This document shows positions 58,230 to 64,000 of a stretch of DNA of 64,000 nucleotides, piece after piece. Location: the NCBI GenBank assembly GCA_018970425.1, contig JAGWWK010000002.1:72068-136067 (forward strand). The letters are read 5' to 3'. The notes beneath the pieces were generated by a model, which made no database searches, was not told the origin of the DNA, and saw only the letters and a list, made by a program, of their open reading frames with translations. This stretch comes from Patescibacteria group bacterium (lineage in GTDB: Bacteria; Patescibacteriota; Minisyncoccia; Phycocordibacterales; Phycocordibacteraceae). Position 1 is the stretch's first letter. Each line of letters opens with the position of its first letter. The translations under genes and the position numbers were made by a program.

Positions 58230-58841
58230 TTACTTTTGAACGACCTCGACCAGGGTACCCTTGCGGCCCGGAATCGCGCCAGAAATATATAACTCTCCTT
58301 TCTCGGCATCAACGTGGAGAACGCGGAGATTCGGTACTGTCACGCGATCGCCACCCATACGGCCGGCCATCTTGAGACCCTTTACCACGCGACCGCCAGC
58401 TCGGCCAGGGCCGCCGCCAATCGAGCCCGGCTCACGCTCAGAGTGCTTCTGACCGTGCGTGCGCGGACCTCCGGCAAACCCATGACGCTTAACAACACCC
58501 TGAAAACCCTTACCCTTCGTTGTTCCAGACACCTGTACTGCGTCGCCTGGAGCAAACTGCGTCGCGTCGAGGTGCGAGCCAACGGTAAATGCCGCAGTAT
58601 CAGAAACTCTGAACTCTTTAAAGCCACGGAATGAGCCCTGGCCTCTCTGTGCGCGATTGATGCGCGCCTCTTTCTGCGTGCCGTACCCAACCTGCACCGC
58701 GGTGTACCCGTCGGAATCGACAGACTTAACGCGTGTCACCGTGACCGGCGGAGCAGCAATAAGAGTCACGGGCTGCACCGAACCGCTCTCATCAAAGAGC
58801 TGCGTCATTCCTACCTTCGTGCCGATGATAAACTTTTTCAT
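58230..58841 (-). CDS. rplC: 50S ribosomal protein L3
   Basis: Typical L3 sequence. Confidence 0.9.
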   Translation of the reverse strand: MKKFIIGTKVGMTQLFDESGSVQPVTLIAAPPVTVTRVKSVDSDGYTAVQVGYGTQKEARINRAQRGQGSFRGFKEFRVSDTAAFTVGSHLDATQFAPGDAVQVSGTTKGKGFQGVVKRHGFAGGPRTHGQKHSEREPGSIGGGPGRAGGRVVKGLKMAGRMGGDRVTVPNLRVLHVDAEKGELYISGAIPGRKGTLVEVVQK

Positions 58842-58846
58842 ACGAA

Positions 58847-59221
58847 TTACATCATCTTTACGTCGACAGACACGCCAGACGGGAGTGAGAGGTTGGTAAG
58901 CGCGTCAACGATCTTTGGATTCGGATTGAGAATATCAATTACACGCTTGTGCGTGCGGATCTCGAACTGCTCCTGCGCGTTCTTAAAGATGAACGACGAG
59001 CGGAGCACTGAGAACTTCTTAAAATCAGTCGGTAGTGGCACTGGGCCAACTACCTGCGCGTCAAATCTGAGCGCTGTATCGATGATCTGCTTTACGGACT
59101 GGTCGAGCACTGAATGGTCGTAGCCACGCACGCGAAGCCTGAGCTTCGCGTGCGTGTCCGCTGCGACCTTAGTACCTTTCTTTGCGCGAGGCGCCTTCGT
59201 TGTCTTTGGTTCGGTTGCCAT
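58847..59221 (-). CDS. rpsJ: 30S ribosomal protein S10 (N-terminally extended)
   Basis: S10 core (LRLRVRGYDHSVLD...) after a ~25-aa Lys/Ala-rich extension. Confidence 0.85.
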   Translation of the reverse strand: MATEPKTTKAPRAKKGTKVAADTHAKLRLRVRGYDHSVLDQSVKQIIDTALRFDAQVVGPVPLPTDFKKFSVLRSSFIFKNAQEQFEIRTHKRVIDILNPNPKIVDALTNLSLPSGVSVDVKMM

Positions 59222-59245
59222 AGTCGTTGGTCGCCTCACGTGCTG

Positions 59246-60451
59246 TTACGCAACAATCTTAGTAACGACGCCTGCGCCGACAGTCTTACCACCCTCGCGG
59301 ATAGCGAAGCGCATCTGCTCTTCCATCGCGACCGGTGCTACAAGTTTTACCTTGAATGTCACTGTGTCGCCCGGCATAACCATCTCGACACCATCTGCAA
59401 GAGTCACCTCGCCAGTTACGTCCGTTGTGCGGACATAGAACTGCGGCTTGTAACCCGAGAAGAATGGCGTGTGACGGCCTCCTTCCTCCTTAGAGAGGAT
59501 GTACACCTCTGCCTCGAAGTCGGTATGCGGAGTAACGCTGCCCGGCTTTGCAATCACTTGGCCACGGGTCACGTCTTCTTTCTTGGTGCCGCGTAGAAGG
59601 ATGCCTGCGTTGTCGCCGGCCATACCCTCCTGAAGTGACTTGTTGAACATTTCAATACCCGTGACAGTTGTCTTTGCCGTTGCCGCGAGGCCGACAATCT
59701 CAACTTCGTCGCCAACCTTGAGCGTACCGCGCTCAATACGACCGGTTACCACGGTGCCGCGGCCTTCAATCGAGAAGATGTCCTCGATAGGCATAAGGAA
59801 CGGCTTTGATGTATCGCGCTCAGGCTGTGGGATGTACTCATCAAGCGCCTTTGCAAGCTCCATGATCTTTTCAGTCCACTCGTCGGTCTTACCGGCAAGC
59901 GCTGACTCGAGCGCCTTGAGGCCTGAACCGCGGATGACCGGCGTATTCTTACCGTCAAAGCCCTGCTTCGTGAGAAGCTCGCGGATTTCCTCTTCGACGA
60001 GGTCGACGAGGTCGTTGTCTTGAACCATGTCTACCTTGTTGAGGAAGACAATGATGCGGGGCACGCCGACTTGGCGTGCGAGGAGGACGTGCTCGCGTGT
60101 TTGAGGCATTGCACCGTCAGTTGCGGCAACTACGAGTACCGCACCGTCCATTTGGGCGGCACCAGTAATCATGTTCTTGATGTAGTCAGCGTGACCAGGC
60201 GCGTCGATGTGCGCGTAGTGGCGCGTTGGTGTCTCGTACTCTGAGTGGGAAAGCGAGATGGTAATACCACGCGCCTTCTCTTCAGGCGCCTTGTCGATGT
60301 CATCAACACCCTTCACGGTCGCGGCGTAGCCGTTACCCGCTTTGTTGAGAACATTCAAGATAGCCGCAGTGAGCGTGGTCTTGCCGTGGTCAACGTGGCC
60401 AATGGTGCCTACGTTTACGTGCGGCTTCGTGCGGTCAAAGTTTCCTGCCAT
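59246..60451 (-). CDS. tuf: elongation factor Tu
   Basis: [15 protein letters not shown]-type, NKVD motifs. ATG at 60451 gives the canonical [12 protein letters not shown]-terminus. Confidence 0.9.
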   Translation of the reverse strand: MAGNFDRTKPHVNVGTIGHVDHGKTTLTAAILNVLNKAGNGYAATVKGVDDIDKAPEEKARGITISLSHSEYETPTRHYAHIDAPGHADYIKNMITGAAQMDGAVLVVAATDGAMPQTREHVLLARQVGVPRIIVFLNKVDMVQDNDLVDLVEEEIRELLTKQGFDGKNTPVIRGSGLKALESALAGKTDEWTEKIMELAKALDEYIPQPERDTSKPFLMPIEDIFSIEGRGTVVTGRIERGTLKVGDEVEIVGLAATAKTTVTGIEMFNKSLQEGMAGDNAGILLRGTKKEDVTRGQVIAKPGSVTPHTDFEAEVYILSKEEGGRHTPFFSGYKPQFYVRTTDVTGEVTLADGVEMVMPGDTVTFKVKLVAPVAMEEQMRFAIREGGKTVGAGVVTKIVA

Positions 60452-60693
60452 AACTCTTTTAGTCTGATTATTAAGAATTAATTCAAACAACTGCTCCGTT
60501 TTGGTATGGAAGCCCGGAACCCGCTCCCTCCTGCCTGGTGTCCGCAGACAGAAAACACGCGTATAGCGTTACCGTGTATACTACGCGACTACAATGAAAA
60601 GGTCAAGAAATCTACTTCGGGGAGAGGGGCGCGAATATAGCGCTAGAATCTTAGCTATATCTTAGACTTCTCAAGTGACCATCAGGTGTGTGT

Positions 60694-61986
60694 TTACTGG
60701 TCATCGCAACGCCAGCCGGTTTGGCAGCCGTTTTGATCTTTAATCATGATGAGCGTGCCAGTGCAGAGAATAGGCGCAAACCCTATCGCAGGACACTTTG
60801 GCGCATCTATTTTAAGAAGCGGCGGTGCACTCGGACACTGCCACGACACGATGCACCCGTTTGCGTCTCTCACCGCGGTAGCCGCATCGCATGCAGGAAG
60901 TACTTGCGGCACATTTGCACACGCATCTTTCGGTTTCGTCACATTGTTCTGTCCAAGAGCGTCACAGCGCCATCCTGTTTGGCACCCGGCCGAGTCGCGT
61001 ACAATACTCAGCTGCCCATTGCAGGGACCGGGGATGTATTCAATGAGCGGACAGAGTGATGCCCCCTTCCCTGTACCTGGCTCAGTACACTGCCAGCCAG
61101 TTTGACAGCCATTTTGATCTCGCAGTGAGGTGAGCGTGCCACCACAGAGTGCTGGGGTAAACGCGACACTTGGACAGGAAACGCTCGCGCCAGTTGTTTT
61201 AGGTGCGGTGGAGGTTGGAATGCACTGCCAACCGCTCTGGCATCCGGCAGTGGTATAAGAAGGCACCCACGAACCCGAGCACGGCGTACCTGGCATAGTC
61301 CACTGAGTGGCAGGACAGACCGACGCAGCCGGTCGCGCATAACTGCCGGCACTACCCGCTCCTCCGGTCGTTGAGCTCGTTACTACGGTTATCTGCACGC
61401 TACAGGCGACCTGCGTACTTCGCCCATAAAATGTAAGTGTTTTACGAGTCGTCGTTGCAATGTCTGAAAACGAGCGCGTACCGGTCGCTGCCTCTCTCTC
61501 GCCAGAATCCCAGACGGCGTACGCGGCGTTCTCGCTCGTCCACGTAATTTTGACCTCTTGATTTTGCAAAATGCGGGACGGTGTCGCCGCCACTCTACAG
61601 GTGAGCGCAGACATACCGCTCCCCGGGGCAGTCCGCGGCTCTACTGCTCGCGTACCACCAGGGCACGCCGCAAGCATGACTGCGCGAGTCCGCGGACCAA
61701 AAACGCCAACCTGGGGCAACTTCTCCTCTTGTTGAAGTCGGACTATATACGAGCGCGTTAAAGGGCCAAAATACCCGGTAACGAGCGTGGAAGTTGCAAC
61801 GCCGTACCGCGTAGCAAGGAAAGATTGGAGTAGTGCTACATCGGCACTTCTCGAGCCAACAGCGAGACCTGGCGCAGGGACACGGCACTCAGTCAGTGCA
61901 ACCGGCACAGTCTCTGCGTATGCAGTAAGAGGACTTGACGCAAGCGTGACAAGAAAGAGCATTGCACTAGCAAGGAGCTGCTTCAT
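60694..61986 (-). CDS. secreted protein with N-terminal peptidoglycan-binding-like domain and five tandem 4-Cys repeats
   Basis: Signal peptide MKQLLASAMLFLVTLASSPLTAYA. PG_binding_1-like ADVALLQSFLATRYGV...GYFGPLTRSYIVRLQ. Then five repeats of the form CPxxxFxPxxCxGTLxxxxDxNGCQTGWQC. Confidence 0.55.
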   Translation of the reverse strand: MKQLLASAMLFLVTLASSPLTAYAETVPVALTECRVPAPGLAVGSRSADVALLQSFLATRYGVATSTLVTGYFGPLTRSYIVRLQQEEKLPQVGVFGPRTRAVMLAACPGGTRAVEPRTAPGSGMSALTCRVAATPSRILQNQEVKITWTSENAAYAVWDSGEREAATGTRSFSDIATTTRKTLTFYGRSTQVACSVQITVVTSSTTGGAGSAGSYARPAASVCPATQWTMPGTPCSGSWVPSYTTAGCQSGWQCIPTSTAPKTTGASVSCPSVAFTPALCGGTLTSLRDQNGCQTGWQCTEPGTGKGASLCPLIEYIPGPCNGQLSIVRDSAGCQTGWRCDALGQNNVTKPKDACANVPQVLPACDAATAVRDANGCIVSWQCPSAPPLLKIDAPKCPAIGFAPILCTGTLIMIKDQNGCQTGWRCDDQ

Positions 61987-62194
61987 AACCTGAGTATACC
62001 GCAACGACCCGCGCCTTTCGGTGCGGGTCGTATACGAACAGTGCATTTCTATTCCTACTTTCGCGCGGCCTTAATAGCCTCAGCAACGTTTGTCGGTACC
62101 ACTTCGTAGTGATCGAACTCCATAGTCCATGACGCACGACCCTCGGTCATAGAGCGAAGCTGCGTCGTAAGCGTGCCTCCCAAAGAGTCAAGCG

Positions 62195-64000
62195 TTACTG
62201 CTGAAATGGAGAATTCTCGCTACCGGGAACGAAGATTCTTTCGGTTACAGGCTTTTCTTGACACATAAGTCCGGTCAAACATCCATTCGCATCATACTTA
62301 GGCAGTGTCGTGCCAGTACATAAGACTGGTGTGTAGATCACCAGCGGACATGCAACTGGTTGCGGTACGGTAGGTGTCTGGACAGTCACCGTCACGGTTT
62401 TCTCTGCATACTGAGACCCATCTTTCGAGCTATTCGTACACCAGAGTCTGTACGCAGTCGTCACAGAAGGTGCGACGGTAAATGATCCGCTGCCGATCCA
62501 GAGCGAACTTGGCGTAATCGATGGGCCACTAGACCCAGTACCAGCGAAGATATAGCATCCGCCATTAGTCGTGCCTGTACTACTCCACGAGAGTACCGTC
62601 GACTGCCCGGGAGTAATCGACGTAGGCGAGGCACTGAACGCAGTAATAGTTGGTGCGACTACAGGAGGAACTGGCGGCTGAAGTGTGCTTGGTAACAAAG
62701 TGAACTGAATTGCATTTGACTGAGCGTAAACGGCGCCGGCAGTATTAGTGTGCCCGCATCCAAGTGAACTGCACTGCCGTAGCTGTGCGGTGAGCTCATA
62801 GAGGCCAGTATAATCAAGACCAGTAGGTCCAGTATTCCAATTGCGCGACCCGGTCCCTGATCCAGGGGTAGATACGATGTTTTCCCATGATCCACTGCTC
62901 ACCATGCCGGAAGGAGGATTTGACGGTTGAATGTTCTTTACCGTCAGCACAACTTGTGAGTTCTGTGGAGCGTTTGCATACGACCAAGAGATAGGGATAG
63001 GATTCCCTACAGTAATCACACTGCCTGATTGAGGACCGGAAAGCGTAACTGTCGTCGCTGCTGCAGCCGGAGGCATCACACTACTTGTGCGCGTATATGT
63101 AAGCCCTGTACCTGGCAGCCCAGGAACTCCATACCCATTAGTCCAGTCGTTCGTTGCAAATGTAGACGTTGTAGTCGAGTTAGGTGACCAGATAAAGTAT
63201 CCAGTATCAGTTTGCATCGCGAAGCTACCTGTGCCACTTGGCGATGTATCCCCACGTACAGTGGTGCTTACGCTACCTGACCCAGACACTTGCCCACGAA
63301 GTTCAAAGTATCGTGTAGCACCTGCGGGAATCTGTACTGGCTTAAGGAATATGTTTCCGAGTGCTCCGTACGTCGGTATTGACCCATCGCTTGCAGTGCC
63401 TGAGTTAGGAATGGAGTAATTACTGTCACTATACGCATGCAATTTAACATTCGTAACACTTACACCACTGATTCCAAGCGTGGCGTAGTAGCGCCCTAGA
63501 CTCACAGGCCCGCGCGAGTCGGCACTCACTTTAAAACGAAAGAGCCTGCCGTCGAGAAGTCCTGTGGGAGATAGAAGTGCATTGTCAGACGAAACAATAG
63601 GGAACGACTTCATAATGCGCACTCCTGCTGGGAAACCTGGCACACCAGCTGCTATTACTGTTGTTCCTGTCAGGCTCTGCCCTGTCGTGTCGCTAAAGCC
63701 TGTATCTACTCCTACCTGCACAAGGTGACCAGACACTGACACCGGCTCAGCAATACCAATCAGCGCAATGTCTCCCTTAATGGTAAGCACCAGACTCGTC
63801 CCTGCCTGAATGAATACGGACTGAGTGAGCGTGATCACGGTTCCGTAACTGTTTCCTAGGAATGACCCTTCGCCGACTTTCGTCGTCCCATTCCACAACG
63901 TTACTTTCTCTAGATCTGCCGGCACCGCCTGTGGTGTCGGGCCAGAGGCGAGGGCGAGTCGTACCTTCTGGAGCGTTACTGACTGACCGGTCGCCGTAAA
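62195..64000 (-). CDS. large Ser/Thr/Gly-rich surface protein (5' partial, frame open to window edge) ending in the same 4-Cys module
   Basis: The frame stays open upstream of the listed GTG at 63925 to position 64000. Low-complexity S/T/G-rich beta-rich sequence. C-terminal [30 protein letters not shown] matches the repeat of the downstream gene. Confidence 0.5.
   Translation of the reverse strand, partial: FTATGQSVTLQKVRLALASGPTPQAVPADLEKVTLWNGTTKVGEGSFLGNSYGTVITLTQSVFIQAGTSLVLTIKGDIALIGIAEPVSVSGHLVQVGVDTGFSDTTGQSLTGTTVIAAGVPGFPAGVRIMKSFPIVSSDNALLSPTGLLDGRLFRFKVSADSRGPVSLGRYYATLGISGVSVTNVKLHAYSDSNYSIPNSGTASDGSIPTYGALGNIFLKPVQIPAGATRYFELRGQVSGSGSVSTTVRGDTSPSGTGSFAMQTDTGYFIWSPNSTTTSTFATNDWTNGYGVPGLPGTGLTYTRTSSVMPPAAAATTVTLSGPQSGSVITVGNPIPISWSYANAPQNSQVVLTVKNIQPSNPPSGMVSSGSWENIVSTPGSGTGSRNWNTGPTGLDYTGLYELTAQLRQCSSLGCGHTNTAGAVYAQSNAIQFTLLPSTLQPPVPPVVAPTITAFSASPTSITPGQSTVLSWSSTGTTNGGCYIFAGTGSSGPSITPSSLWIGSGSFTVAPSVTTAYRLWCTNSSKDGSQYAEKTVTVTVQTPTVPQPVACPLVIYTPVLCTGTTLPKYDANGCLTGLMCQEKPVTERIFVPGSENSPFQQ

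Overview
This 64-kb window is GC-rich and densely packed with tightly coupled or overlapping operons. It looks bacterial, with Patescibacteria/CPR-like traits: no L30 between rpsE and rplO, lysine/alanine-rich extensions on S19, S10 and L23, and weak Shine-Dalgarno signals. That lineage call is an inference, not a measurement.

Order of content:
- an initiator tRNA(CAT)
- a gatC-gatA-membrane-protein operon with ligA on the minus strand
- a complete type IV pilus locus on the minus strand: four minor pilin/pseudopilin genes, pilD, two major-pilin paralogs, pilC, pilT, a CheY-like response regulator, pilB, pilP/O/N-like genes and pilM
- comFC, divergent from pilM with overlapping start codons
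- a MacAB-like efflux module (HlyD adaptor, FtsX permease, ABC ATPase)
- a YciB-like gene, a DUF2779-like two-nuclease protein plus a small acidic ORF, and TspO
- tRNA-Ser(GCT), a DJ-1/PfpI gene and recG
- an unusual tRNA-Ile with anticodon TAT
- ftsH, then gtrA-gtrA-smpB followed by ssrA (tmRNA)
- an AT-richer islet of about 4.6 kb downstream of ssrA with unknown genes under a near-consensus promoter
- infC-rpmI-rplT, a beta-CASP MBL ribonuclease and ndk
- a large soluble VirD4/TraG-like ATPase
- map-adk-gmk-secY and the spc/S10 ribosomal protein operons through tuf
- two Cys-repeat secreted proteins at the end of the window

The ribosomal super-operon carries two insertions. An AT-richer pair (a 1049-aa lipase-like exoprotein plus a small membrane protein) sits between rplE and rpsN. 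An IS200-like Y1/HUH transposase gene flanked by palindromes sits between rplB and rpsS.

No CRISPR array or reverse transcriptase was seen. The best candidates for an undescribed system are the three-gene operon in the ssrA-adjacent islet and the lipase module inserted in the spc operon.
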